A stretch of 64,000 bases of DNA from an uncultured archaeon (GTDB lineage: Archaea; Asgardarchaeota; Lokiarchaeia; Sigyniarchaeales; SOKP01), in the NCBI GenBank assembly GCA_964486045.1, contig CAZALK010000002.1, positions 128,001-192,000 of the forward strand, written 5' to 3'. Shown here in pieces: positions 37,292-47,352 of the stretch (its first letter is position 1; the number at the start of each line of letters is the position of its first letter). A program made the position numbers and the translations under genes. The notes beneath the pieces are model-generated. The model was not told the origin of the DNA. It ran no database searches and was given only the letters and a program-made list of their open reading frames with translations.

Positions 37292-39166
37292 ATGGCCACA
37301 ATGAGCAAAGAAGTAGAGCTAAACGATCCTTTGGATAAGATTAGTACTGAAAATCACGTCATTAAGGAAGAAGTTAAACTCCAATTTTATTTATATATTC
37401 TTATCTTTGGCTTTATTTTTTACAGCTCATGGGTTTTCCCGGGTATTGTTTTTTTCTGGTACTTCCTTCAAGTTTTTCTTCCTTTTGTCTTGGAAACTTC
37501 TAATATCTTGTTAATTTTTACAGAAATTCGCTCTTTAATTGCATTCTTTTTGATGCCTTTGGTTCTTATAGGTTGTTACTTACTACATTTATTTTTATTA
37601 GGACTAACATCTCGAATTTGCTGGAAGATTTCTGAAAAAGTCTCACCATCAAAATCAGGGGTAATTCCACGAAATATTCGCAGTAAAGCGGTTAATTATT
37701 ATCATATAAGAAGCTTTTTAATCAAGTATGGGAAAAATTCCTTAACTAAGGGTATTTTTCCCTGGTTAGGTAATTGGTTTTTTAACACCGTAGGCTCTAA
37801 TACAATTGGGAAAGGTACAACGTTAGAAGAATCTGTAGGGATGGATAAATTTATCGATATTGGAGAAAATTGTTATATCGGAGTTAATTCTACTTTAGCC
37901 AGTCATCTGATTCAAGGAATTTTTGGAAATATCAGCTATTTTAAGATTAAAGTAGGTAATAATGTAACAGCTGCCGCAATGAGTCAAATAGGTCCGGGTT
38001 CTGAGATTCACGATAACTCCTTCTTACTACCATTAGCCTCAACAAGTAAACACAGCGTGTTAAAAGGAAATAAGTATTATTGGGGGATACCTTTAAGGAC
38101 AATATTTAGAAAGAAAACTATGGAATATTTATCTTTAACACCAAAAGATTTAGAGATAAATGAAAATGTAGAAGGTTATACTGATAAAAAATTATTGAAG
38201 AAATTAAAAATAAAAGAAATTCCAAAAACATCTATCAGCGATACGGTTAACGTAGAAAAAATAGAGAGTACATTGGATGAGATTAAAATTGACATTAATA
38301 CATTAAGCAAGGAGGATTTAGCAATTGATTTCACTACTAGTTCAGCTATAAGTAGGGTTAATTTAAAGTTTTTAGCAGTCTATATCCCAATTTTCTGGGT
38401 AGCAGGATTAATAATTTCGATAATGTGGTATTGGTATTTACTAGAGAGAAATTGGGTTGCTATACTAATTTTTCTTCCTTTTGTGATATTTGGGTCAATC
38501 TACTTTTTTATTTTAGCTAGTATTCTTTTCAGTAAATTACTTTTAATCTTGGTAAATTTAATACATAAACCCAAGGAGGGTATTTTTAAAGCTGAAATTG
38601 GGGATACTGACTTTGAATTTTGGATGTTAAGAACTGAATTGAAAAAGATCGGGTTGTGGTTCATGCGCAATTCACCACTTCCTTGGACAGATGTAGTAGC
38701 ATTAAAATTATTTGGTGTTGATATGGATGCTTCGAGCCATCTCAATGATGCATGGTGTGATGCTGAGTTTATTAAGTTTGGGAGGAAAAACTTAATCGGG
38801 CAGGGTGCTGTAATTATGTCTTCAATGATCGTTGGTCGATATTTGATTATAAAGAAGGTTGTATGTGACGATTATATCATGATTGGCGGTCATACAACTA
38901 TTGCCCCAGGAACAATTATGGGTAAAGAGTCAGTGATTGGTGCGCTTTCTTCTACAATGGTAAATCAAGTGTTAGAGCCAGATTGGGTATATTTTGGATT
39001 TCCTGCTATTAAATTAAAGGAAAACAAGTACGCAGAAGAGAGAAGAGATGTGATATTGAAGCGTGATGTGGATGAAGCCCAAAAATTTGAAATTGAACAT
39101 AAAATTAATATAGATGAAGATAAAAAAGGTTTAGTTAAAATGGAAAAAGAGGTAAAAAAAGCATGA
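37292..39166 (+). CDS. Paralog of 34906..36744 (two TM+LbH modules)
   Basis: Shared DLAIDFTTSSAIS, FEFWMLRTELKK, KRDVDEA; LASHL motif. Confidence 0.7.
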   Translation: MATMSKEVELNDPLDKISTENHVIKEEVKLQFYLYILIFGFIFYSSWVFPGIVFFWYFLQVFLPFVLETSNILLIFTEIRSLIAFFLMPLVLIGCYLLHLFLLGLTSRICWKISEKVSPSKSGVIPRNIRSKAVNYYHIRSFLIKYGKNSLTKGIFPWLGNWFFNTVGSNTIGKGTTLEESVGMDKFIDIGENCYIGVNSTLASHLIQGIFGNISYFKIKVGNNVTAAAMSQIGPGSEIHDNSFLLPLASTSKHSVLKGNKYYWGIPLRTIFRKKTMEYLSLTPKDLEINENVEGYTDKKLLKKLKIKEIPKTSISDTVNVEKIESTLDEIKIDINTLSKEDLAIDFTTSSAISRVNLKFLAVYIPIFWVAGLIISIMWYWYLLERNWVAILIFLPFVIFGSIYFFILASILFSKLLLILVNLIHKPKEGIFKAEIGDTDFEFWMLRTELKKIGLWFMRNSPLPWTDVVALKLFGVDMDASSHLNDAWCDAEFIKFGRKNLIGQGAVIMSSMIVGRYLIIKKVVCDDYIMIGGHTTIAPGTIMGKESVIGALSSTMVNQVLEPDWVYFGFPAIKLKENKYAEERRDVILKRDVDEAQKFEIEHKINIDEDKKGLVKMEKEVKKA

Positions 39167-40086
39167 GTGTTCCGAATACGATGCGTGTTGGACCGTTTAC
39201 ACCGACTATTTTGGCACGAAAAAGGTATCTAATATTTTATTTTTTCCTGATATGGGTAAGCATAATTCCGCTCCTATTGGAATTTTGGTTTTATTGGCGT
39301 TTATTATGGACACCAATTTCTGCTGTAGGTTTAAGTCCCGTTCATTTTTACACCTATCTACCACTTTTATTATTTTTGATGTATGTAACGATTGTCTTTT
39401 CTGCTATATTTTTTGCAAAGGTTTTGTTAGTTATAACCAACGCTATTCACAAACCAAGAGAAGGCACCTTTTTAAGACATCCCTCTGATAGGGATTATCG
39501 TTATTGGAGTCTTCGGAATACAATTAAACGATGGCCAATATGGTTAGCTCATAGATTTCCATTTCCAGGGATTTTAGATAATATATGCTTTAAGGTATTC
39601 GGAGTTAAAACAAAAATCTCAAATTCCTTATTCGAAGGATGGGTTGACACAGAATTTATAGAGTTTGGAAGTGACGTTGTAGTTGGCCAAGGCTCAATTG
39701 TTCAAGGCGCAGTAATTATTGGGAATCTTCTAATAATCAGAAAGACGGTTATAAAAGATAATGTAAGGATCGGATCTCATGCGATAGTTATGCCAGGAAC
39801 TCATATTGGAAACAATTGTATCCTTGCAGCTAATAGTGTAACTACTGTAGGACAAGTTTTAGAAAAGGGTTGGATCTATGTTGGAATTCCTGCTAAAAAA
39901 TTCAAATTAAACTATTTCTTTGAAGACGGACTTGAAGATAAATTAGGTCATGTTGAAGATATAGAAGCTCTGCGCGAAAAGTATGAAGAAATGTATACTA
40001 AACGATATGATGAGCTAACCTATAAAGAACGAAAGGAATTAAAAAGGGAAAAGAAAGAGAAAGAAAAAAAGAGATGGGTACCTTAG
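39163..40086 (+). CDS. Single TM+LbH module acyltransferase-like protein
   Basis: HKPREG.F, WVDTEFIEFG, hexapeptide repeats, GWIYVGIPA; ATGA overlap with the upstream gene. Confidence 0.75.
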   Translation: MSVPNTMRVGPFTPTILARKRYLIFYFFLIWVSIIPLLLEFWFYWRLLWTPISAVGLSPVHFYTYLPLLLFLMYVTIVFSAIFFAKVLLVITNAIHKPREGTFLRHPSDRDYRYWSLRNTIKRWPIWLAHRFPFPGILDNICFKVFGVKTKISNSLFEGWVDTEFIEFGSDVVVGQGSIVQGAVIIGNLLIIRKTVIKDNVRIGSHAIVMPGTHIGNNCILAANSVTTVGQVLEKGWIYVGIPAKKFKLNYFFEDGLEDKLGHVEDIEALREKYEEMYTKRYDELTYKERKELKREKKEKEKKRWVP

Positions 40087-40294
40087 TTATTATTATTGAT
40101 CTAAGGTAAATTCAGGTTCTGGTTTCAATTTCAAATGTATGTAATAATTATGATTTGATTATAGCGTTTAAAACCGACTTCAATGATTCGGCATATTGAG
40201 AACACTAGAAACACGGAGGATTTAGGGAAAAAGTCAGAGTTAGAAATATAAAAGAGAAGATAAAAAATACTCTATAATTGTTTAATTTAGATTT

Positions 40295-41368
40295 TCAAGT
40301 TTTACTCTTATATTCTCTCGTATATAACTTTTGATGCTTGATAGGCATCGATTCGAACACTTCCTTTGCTTTCACTGGGGGATACACCTCAAGAGTGCCG
40401 TCTTCCCTTTGAATAACGCATCCAGAATTGACTAAAGTTTTGTATCGGAGGGCTGTTTTCTTTGTATTTCCCGCGCAAATATAATTACAGTTTCCACAGG
40501 TTAACTGTTGTTTATATGTGTCATTAAAAGCAGGTTGATATCCAAGCGAACTGTCTTTATACGGTAGTCTTTTCCTCTGACTTAACGTGGCAGTCAGAAA
40601 TAGGGAATTTAGTTCATCGTCGTTTTCAGTGTACTCATATCGCCCTGGAGACCAAGTAGAAAACTTTCCTGATTTATGTAACCCATTAGCCCCACCACAC
40701 GTAATGCCACAGCGCATCATAGGTCCTCTTTTAGAGTAATCAAATGTTTCACCCCCGATTGTCACGGTTGTTACTTCGTCTTCATTGAACATTCCAAAAG
40801 CACATACTTTCGTGCATATCATACACTTATCACAAAAAGTTTCTGACTCGGATATCCGGTTCGTTGGTTTAAGTTTTGCGTCAGTAATTATACCTCCGAG
40901 TAATATGGAAGTTCCAAATTCTTTCGTTCCAGCATTTCCTGACCAACCAAACGAGGCAACCCCCGATCTAACAGCAAGATACCTTAATGAAAGCTCGGGG
41001 GGTAGTGACACTTGCCATCCAGGAACATCCTCTCTATAATGGTTGTTAGGAATAACCGATATTGCTTTGTGGCCTTGTTCAATTAACCAGTGCTTGACGC
41101 GTTGAGCCGCCCTCCAAATTATTCGATGCATTTCTAAATTTTCTTCTTCATGAATTCCTCGAATACTCGGATCGACTTTTCCTAAATATTTTAGAATCAT
41201 CTCTTTATCAAAAGGAACAAAAAATCCTATTGCCGATTGAGCCTCGGGGAGTAAATAGGTAAGATCTGTTCCAGGCATGTCTGATTTCATTGTTTCGAGC
41301 GTTGCAAACCCGACCTTTTTTGCTCCACCTTCAATTAACATATCTTCTATTTCTTTTTCTAAAGTAAT
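40295..41368 (-). CDS. Epoxyqueuosine reductase / reductive dehalogenase-superfamily Fe-S (cobalamin) protein; possible ATT start
   Basis: LAVRSGVASFGWSG, CDKCMICTKVC, CGNCNYIC; AGGTGA SD 6 nt before ATT 41368 (ORF-track ATG 41341). Confidence 0.75.
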   Translation of the reverse strand: MTLEKEIEDMLIEGGAKKVGFATLETMKSDMPGTDLTYLLPEAQSAIGFFVPFDKEMILKYLGKVDPSIRGIHEEENLEMHRIIWRAAQRVKHWLIEQGHKAISVIPNNHYREDVPGWQVSLPPELSLRYLAVRSGVASFGWSGNAGTKEFGTSILLGGIITDAKLKPTNRISESETFCDKCMICTKVCAFGMFNEDEVTTVTIGGETFDYSKRGPMMRCGITCGGANGLHKSGKFSTWSPGRYEYTENDDELNSLFLTATLSQRKRLPYKDSSLGYQPAFNDTYKQQLTCGNCNYICAGNTKKTALRYKTLVNSGCVIQREDGTLEVYPPVKAKEVFESMPIKHQKLYTREYKSKT

Positions 41369-41586
41369 AATTAATCACCTTTAGTTGAGTTTTGATTATT
41401 TTAATTTATTAATTAAATAGAATAATACTAGAGATAAATATAAAATTTACACCAGATGATTTCTTCAATTTCTTTTCTTATCTCATTTTCTGACATGACT
41501 TTTATATATACAATTTTAATAAAATCTCGCTTCTAATAATATATGAAAGCAAAAAATTTTTAAAATAGAGTTAAATAAATATTTAA

Positions 41587-42456
41587 TTGAAAATTTCAAG
41601 CTTGAGAATAATGGAAGCAAAAAAGTTATATCATAAACTCGATTCAGATTTCGAGCTTGGTTTATGTAAGGATGATTGGAAAGGGATGGATTTTAACGAT
41701 TATATTAGTGATAATTTTAAAACACGTTATATGGGTATACTCTTAGATAATTCTGAAGAAATTAATTATGTATATACTGCTGTTTTTCCTAGTGATAGAA
41801 TTTTAAGTAGGATAATAGAATCAGGAAAGGAAAATATCCTATTAATAACTCACCATCCGATGAATTGGGATATAAGAACACCTGAAATATTCCAAGATAT
41901 TAACCCAAGCTTACTCCCAAAATTGAAACAACAGAAAATTTCGATATATAATATGCATGTGCCTTTAGATAAGAATGGGAAATATTCTACTGCAACAAAT
42001 CTGGCTAATGCTCTGGATATTACAATTGAAGGTGAATTCTATGAATATTTCGGTGTAAAGGTTGGAGTATATGGGAAGACTGAATTAAACAAACCAGAAG
42101 AATTAGCTGATAAGTTAAAATCAATTGTAGGTCATAACACGAAACTATGGAAATATGGATCAGATGAGATATTAGACCACAAGGTTGCTTTAGTAGGGGG
42201 AGGTGGCAATAATATCGAGGGAATAGAAGAAATAATAGAATTAGGTATCAATACTTATGTTACAGGCGTAACTGTCTTAAATGATTTCAGTAAAGAAGTT
42301 CATGAATTTGAGAAGGATAATGAAATAAATATTATCGGGGGTACTCATTATTCAACAGAAAAATTTGCATGTATAGCCTTAAGTGAATATTTTGAAAAAA
42401 TAGGGCTAAAAAGTAAATTCATTGAAGGTCAACCTATACTAGAGGATATAGAGTAG
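41587..42456 (+). CDS. Nif3-like dinuclear metal protein
   Basis: ITHHP, HVPLD, GGGG, THYSTE. Confidence 0.85.
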   Translation: MKISSLRIMEAKKLYHKLDSDFELGLCKDDWKGMDFNDYISDNFKTRYMGILLDNSEEINYVYTAVFPSDRILSRIIESGKENILLITHHPMNWDIRTPEIFQDINPSLLPKLKQQKISIYNMHVPLDKNGKYSTATNLANALDITIEGEFYEYFGVKVGVYGKTELNKPEELADKLKSIVGHNTKLWKYGSDEILDHKVALVGGGGNNIEGIEEIIELGINTYVTGVTVLNDFSKEVHEFEKDNEINIIGGTHYSTEKFACIALSEYFEKIGLKSKFIEGQPILEDIE

Positions 42457-42466
42457 CCATTTTTGT

Positions 42467-44299
42467 TTAAAATTTGTATTTTTGGTTCTGTATTTTCTCA
42501 TAGATCTCTTTATTAAAGGGTATGTATACTGATTCGTTTGGAAGCATAATATAGAGAGGATCTTCAATAACTTGAGGATCAATGCCTTCTTCTTTGAGTT
42601 TTAGTTTTTTAAATTTAAATGTATGAGTTGTTGAGAGATCCGATTTAAATCTGAGAAAAATGGGTATAGCATATGGGGCAAGATTATCATTAAATATGTT
42701 TGCTAACCTCTTGAAATCAAACTTATCAAAATTTGATTTGGGAACAATTGCAGCCATTCCTGCTCGCCCGTCTGTAAGTGGTATTTTAATTCCATAAGCG
42801 GATGATATTGAGACTTGATCAAATACATTGAGTACTTGTTCTACTTCAGTAGTGGAGACATTATGTCCCTTCCATCGGAAGGTATCACCGAGACGATCTA
42901 CAAATTGGGCATGACCACATCCTTGATCTCGCATTAAATCGCCTGAATTGAACCATTCATCCCCTTCTTTAAAAACATTGTGAAAGAGCTTCGCTTTGGT
43001 CGCATTTTCATCGGTATATCCCATAAATTTATTTGTACCTGCACTTTCAAATATAGCTAGACCAACCTCACCTTTTTTTACTTTTCTCATAACTCCTCTC
43101 GTATTTCTAATGGGTTTATCTTCCTCATGATCATATCGTACAATGGCATGAGTACCACCAAAAGAATATCCACACGTACAATCAAAATTTAATACATTTG
43201 CAAATGCTCCATTTCCTTCCGATGCTCCATAAAACTCTCCGATAACAGGAATCTTAAATCGTTTTTTAAAATCTACCCATATTTCTGGACGGAGACCATT
43301 TCCTATCACTACTCTTACAGGATTATCTGAATCATTTGGTTTAGGGGGTTGATTCATTAAATAACGACATATTTCTCCAACATAATTGAAACCAGTAGCG
43401 TTGAATTTTCGAATGTCATCCCAAAAGTGACTAGCACTAAATTTACGGGCTATTGCTAAAGCACCCCCATTAACAAATATGGAAGGCCACCCCGTCATTA
43501 GAGCTGTGCCATGAAAGAAAGGGAGTGGAATATACATTGTATCATCGGGAGAAAATTCTGCAATAATTCTTCCAAACCCAAGTCCCGCACCAATAACTCT
43601 TGCTTGTGATAAGAGTGCTGCTTTAGGTAATCCAGTTGTACCAGAAGTAAATATATAAGCAATAACATCTAGAGTCTTGGTATTTTTCGTAGTGGAAGGA
43701 TTATCTGTAGGAAAATTTTTAACAGTTTGCGGGAGGTTAATAAATCCTTCAGGAAGGTCCATCTCACCATCATCGTGTATGAAGCAGAGTTGTTCAACAT
43801 CTGAAAGATTAATATTAGCTTTAACTTCGCTAAAGGCACTGAAACATTCTTCTCCGATAACAATTATCTTACCCGGTGTTAGGTCTAAACTATATATTAG
43901 AGATTTTTTACGCTGATCAGTATTAATCAATGAAGAAATTGCTCCGATTTTAGCATTAGCAGTATAAACCAGTAAAATTTCTATTCGGTTTTTTATTAAA
44001 ACCTTAACTACATCACCTTTTTTCAAGCCTAATGAGATAAAATAATTTGCATACTGGTTGACCTTTTCATTAAATTCTTGATAAGTAAGAACAGTATCTT
44101 CAAATTTAATAGCTGGATTATTAGAATATTTTTGAGAATTTTCTTCAAGAATAGATCCCCATGTAATTTTATTTTCTACAGAAAGATTTGTAAGTTCTTG
44201 GACGAATGTACCATGATTTTTAGCGAATTCTCCAAATCTTTTATTAAATTCTGCTTTGTCGATAAGGTTTGATTCACTTGATTTTGATATTTCCATCAT
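42467..44299 (-). CDS. Long-chain acyl-CoA synthetase (FATP/ACSVL type)
   Basis: YIFTSGTTGLPKAA, YVGEICRYL, EFYGASEG, FVDRLGDTFRWKGHNVST. Confidence 0.93.
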   Translation of the reverse strand: MMEISKSSESNLIDKAEFNKRFGEFAKNHGTFVQELTNLSVENKITWGSILEENSQKYSNNPAIKFEDTVLTYQEFNEKVNQYANYFISLGLKKGDVVKVLIKNRIEILLVYTANAKIGAISSLINTDQRKKSLIYSLDLTPGKIIVIGEECFSAFSEVKANINLSDVEQLCFIHDDGEMDLPEGFINLPQTVKNFPTDNPSTTKNTKTLDVIAYIFTSGTTGLPKAALLSQARVIGAGLGFGRIIAEFSPDDTMYIPLPFFHGTALMTGWPSIFVNGGALAIARKFSASHFWDDIRKFNATGFNYVGEICRYLMNQPPKPNDSDNPVRVVIGNGLRPEIWVDFKKRFKIPVIGEFYGASEGNGAFANVLNFDCTCGYSFGGTHAIVRYDHEEDKPIRNTRGVMRKVKKGEVGLAIFESAGTNKFMGYTDENATKAKLFHNVFKEGDEWFNSGDLMRDQGCGHAQFVDRLGDTFRWKGHNVSTTEVEQVLNVFDQVSISSAYGIKIPLTDGRAGMAAIVPKSNFDKFDFKRLANIFNDNLAPYAIPIFLRFKSDLSTTHTFKFKKLKLKEEGIDPQVIEDPLYIMLPNESVYIPFNKEIYEKIQNQKYKF

Positions 44300-44486
44300 A
44301 TAAACGCCTTTTTTACATTTCAGTATATATATTATGGTTTTTTGGATTTTTTTTTCAACAAAAAATTCCTTAGAAATATTAGATTTTTACTGGTTATAAA
44401 TCTTCTAATTTTCTAAATTAAACTAGTTTCAAATTTAATCAAAAGACAATCTAACTTGAAAATTTATAGTCTGTAAATTCCCCTCT

Positions 44487-44630
44487 TTATTCACTAAAAT
44501 CCAGTTTTTCCTTACCATTTACAATTTTAAAATTGATAATATTATTGTTGGGAGGTTTTTTTTCTTCGATTTCTTGTTCTTCAATATCGATTATTTTAGG
44601 AATTGATTCCTCATTATTTTTCTGATTCAT
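44487..44630 (-). CDS. Small acidic hypothetical protein (47 aa)
   Basis: MNQKNNEESIPKIIDIEEQEIEEKKPP...; AGGA upstream; below the ORF-track cut-off. Confidence 0.35.
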   Translation of the reverse strand: MNQKNNEESIPKIIDIEEQEIEEKKPPNNNIINFKIVNGKEKLDFSE

Positions 44631-44757
44631 TTAATTGTCCTGTTTTATTCAATTTCAGAAACGACTGATCAACATAGAAGTGTTAAATGATTATTTTAAA
44701 TAATTAATCTACCTATTATTAAATTAATTGTTTAAAGAATAAATTTCGAAATCTCTA

Positions 44758-44961
44758 ATGATATCAAAATTAATGATTGTAAAATCTAATGGACTACTTT
44801 GCTATTCAAAAACATTTCATGGAGAGGATATACTTGATGATGGTTCCATAAACGGCTTTCTTTCAACTACTTTAGATATTTCTCAAAAAATTGGGGGTGG
44901 TGAAATAAGATCACGCAATTTCAGAAAAAGCAAAAGCAAAAATTTATTCAAATTTAATTAA
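44758..44961 (+). pseudogene. Truncated longin-like domain protein
   Basis: LMIVKSNGLLCYSKTF...D...NGFLS....SQKIGGGEIRS resembles the N-half of Asgard longin domains; terminates early. Confidence 0.5.
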
Positions 44962-45007
44962 TATGTTGAGTAAAATCATAATAGAATAGAAAAAACATTT
45001 GTAATTT

Positions 45008-45499
45008 ATGAAGTTCGAAGAAAATTTTATATTCCCTGTATATATCTATCAAGAGGTTATAGAAACAATTAAGATATTGTGTAGTAAATCAATTTCAGAG
45101 ATTTTTGGGTATCTTATAGGTTCTATTTTAATATGGAATAATGTTATTTATATAATTATTGAAGAATCAATTTTTCTTGAAGATATTATATATAGTGACA
45201 AATTTTTAACATCTCAAATAGTAGGAACTGCGGGAGCATATCAAAAAGAATTTGACCGGCTAAAAAAAATGAGAAGAAAAAAGAATTTAAGAATCGTTGG
45301 ATGGTGGCATTCTCACCCCGATTTTGGATGTTTCTTATCATCCACCGATTTACTTACTCAAAAATATTTTTTTCATAAATCGTTTCAAGTAGCGATGGTT
45401 GTTGATCCAAGTAGAAATGAATTTGAATTTTTTACTCTTGATCTTCATACAAAAATAGGTTACAAATCAGTCAGTTATGCAATTATAGCTAAAAATTGA
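45008..45499 (+). CDS. JAB/MPN+ (Rpn11-like) metalloprotease
   Basis: E.FGYL.G and VGWWHSHPDFGCFLSSTD JAMM motif, VVDP. Confidence 0.93.
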   Translation: MKFEENFIFPVYIYQEVIETIKILCSKSISEIFGYLIGSILIWNNVIYIIIEESIFLEDIIYSDKFLTSQIVGTAGAYQKEFDRLKKMRRKKNLRIVGWWHSHPDFGCFLSSTDLLTQKYFFHKSFQVAMVVDPSRNEFEFFTLDLHTKIGYKSVSYAIIAKN

Positions 45500-46413
45500 T
45501 CTTAAAACCTAAAGAAGAAATGTCTAAAAAAGATACAGATTTTGAAGAGTTCTCCTTATATGGAATTGAATCAGTGGATTCAGATATGTTTGATCGTCAA
45601 AAAAGAATCAAAGGATGGGATCAGGCAAGAATTAACAATTCTACAGTAATGGTCATCGGCGCGGGGGCCATTGGAAACGAGTTAGTAAAAAATTTAGTTC
45701 TAATCGGAATAGGAAAAATAATTTTAATTGATTATGATTTCATAAATACTTCAAATTTAAATAGATGCGTTCTATTTAATATAAAGGATACTAAACAAGA
45801 AGTGTATAAAGTAGATGCCATAAAGGAAGCATGTACAATACTAAATCCGAATACCGAAATAATTTCAATCAAAAAAAAACTAGAAGATATTGAAAAAACA
45901 CTTTACACTAGATCTGACGTAATATGTTCATGTGTTGATAATATTGAATCAAGATTGGAAGCGAATAATTATGCTTATTATTATAACATCCCTTTTGTTG
46001 ACGCAGGGATTGATGAATTCTTTGGTAGCCTCCAATCGGTATATTCTGAGGTAAAGGAAGCTGCTTGTTTCCAATGTAATATTACCGATTTAGACCTAGA
46101 TATAATGTGGAAAAAATATTCGTGCACGGGTCAAGAGATTGATAATGAAAATGGTGAAACTTTTGGAATAATTGCTTCGATCATCTCAACTACTTCAATT
46201 ATAGGAGGATTACAGTCACACCAAGTTCTAAAATTCCTATTAGGACTAGAATATTTTAAGGAACATAAAAAATGGAACCCTTATATTGGCCAACCATTAA
46301 TTGGGAAACAATTAAATTATAATGGAATATTAAACAGTTTCAAAATCGTTGAAAAGGTAAAAAATCCTGAATGTTGGACATGTTCCTTTAAAAAAGCCCA
46401 ACCTACTAAATAA
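45496..46413 (+). CDS. Ubiquitin-activating E1-like enzyme (ThiF family)
   Basis: FDRQ, GAGAIG, D.D....SNLNR, CVDN, CFQC, YSCT catalytic Cys, CWTC. Confidence 0.92.
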   Translation: MILKPKEEMSKKDTDFEEFSLYGIESVDSDMFDRQKRIKGWDQARINNSTVMVIGAGAIGNELVKNLVLIGIGKIILIDYDFINTSNLNRCVLFNIKDTKQEVYKVDAIKEACTILNPNTEIISIKKKLEDIEKTLYTRSDVICSCVDNIESRLEANNYAYYYNIPFVDAGIDEFFGSLQSVYSEVKEAACFQCNITDLDLDIMWKKYSCTGQEIDNENGETFGIIASIISTTSIIGGLQSHQVLKFLLGLEYFKEHKKWNPYIGQPLIGKQLNYNGILNSFKIVEKVKNPECWTCSFKKAQPTK

Positions 46414-46478
46414 TGTAAAAACGTAATGTAAATTTAAAATTAAATAATAAAATAAATTAATGAAAGGGGTACGATATT

Positions 46479-47042
46479 CTGCCAGAGCTTCCTTTTGAAA
46501 TATGGAAAGAAAGAATTGATAATGAAATTATAAACATTAAAAAATTAAATGTTCTTGAAAAAGACTCCATAAATCGAAGTGAAGATAGTGTTGAACTAAT
46601 TTTGAATGTGAAAGCATTAGGATTTATTATGAAAAAATCAGAATTAATTCCAAAAGATTCTCATAAAATCTATTTAAAACTAAATCGAATGTTCCCTTAT
46701 CCTGGAGGAATTAGTTTTTCATGGCTTACTGAACTATTTCACCCGAATATTCATTCAATTGACGTACCTTATACTAGTAAACAAGGAACGGGATTCATAT
46801 GCTTAAATATTTTAAAAAAGTGGTCTCGATTATCTGATTTAGTCACAATTGTTAAAGCCTTAAAAATTTTAGTGGAAAATCCAAATCCCGATGATCCTCT
46901 CGATTATCCCCATTGTTTAGAAGCGGCAAAGTACTTTTCGAAGCACAATATTAAGAAATTAAAAAAGAAATATTCATTCATAATTGATCTTCAAGACCTG
47001 GACAACGAAGAAGATGATGAAATTGTAATTATTGATGAGTAA
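46479..47042 (+). CDS. Ubiquitin-conjugating E2 enzyme; probable non-canonical (CTG 46479 or ATT 46476) start
   Basis: FP.P, FHPNI, G.ICLNIL..W, NPNPDDPL; open frame upstream of 46602 encodes PELPFEIWKERIDNEI (E2 helix 1); AGGGGT SD at 46465-46470. Confidence 0.9.
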   Translation: MPELPFEIWKERIDNEIINIKKLNVLEKDSINRSEDSVELILNVKALGFIMKKSELIPKDSHKIYLKLNRMFPYPGGISFSWLTELFHPNIHSIDVPYTSKQGTGFICLNILKKWSRLSDLVTIVKALKILVENPNPDDPLDYPHCLEAAKYFSKHNIKKLKKKYSFIIDLQDLDNEEDDEIVIIDE

Positions 47043-47054
47043 TAAAAATAATTT

Positions 47055-47318
47055 CTATACTTTTAATCCACCAATAACCCTTGTCCATAAAGTTAAGGTT
47101 TCGTTCTCTTTCAATCCATATTTATGAATGGCATCAGAAACTGTAATTTTATTAGGCAATTCTTTATCATTAATAACTAATGTATAAGAACGTTGTTCAG
47201 AACTAATTATACCCATATGTTTTACGATAATATCAATGATTCTTTCTATTTGGTGATGATCTTTTACATCTAGCTTTATGATTTTTCCTGTTCTTGAATC
47301 CTCAACCGAAATTTTCAA
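47055..47318 (-). CDS. Ubiquitin-like protein precursor (GG + LKV extension)
   Basis: 87 aa beta-grasp pattern, YGLKENETLTL..RVIGG; adjacent to E2/E1/JAB. Confidence 0.88.
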   Translation of the reverse strand: MKISVEDSRTGKIIKLDVKDHHQIERIIDIIVKHMGIISSEQRSYTLVINDKELPNKITVSDAIHKYGLKENETLTLWTRVIGGLKV

Positions 47319-47352
47319 ATTATTTTACGCCTTCTATTTTGTGTTTTAAATA

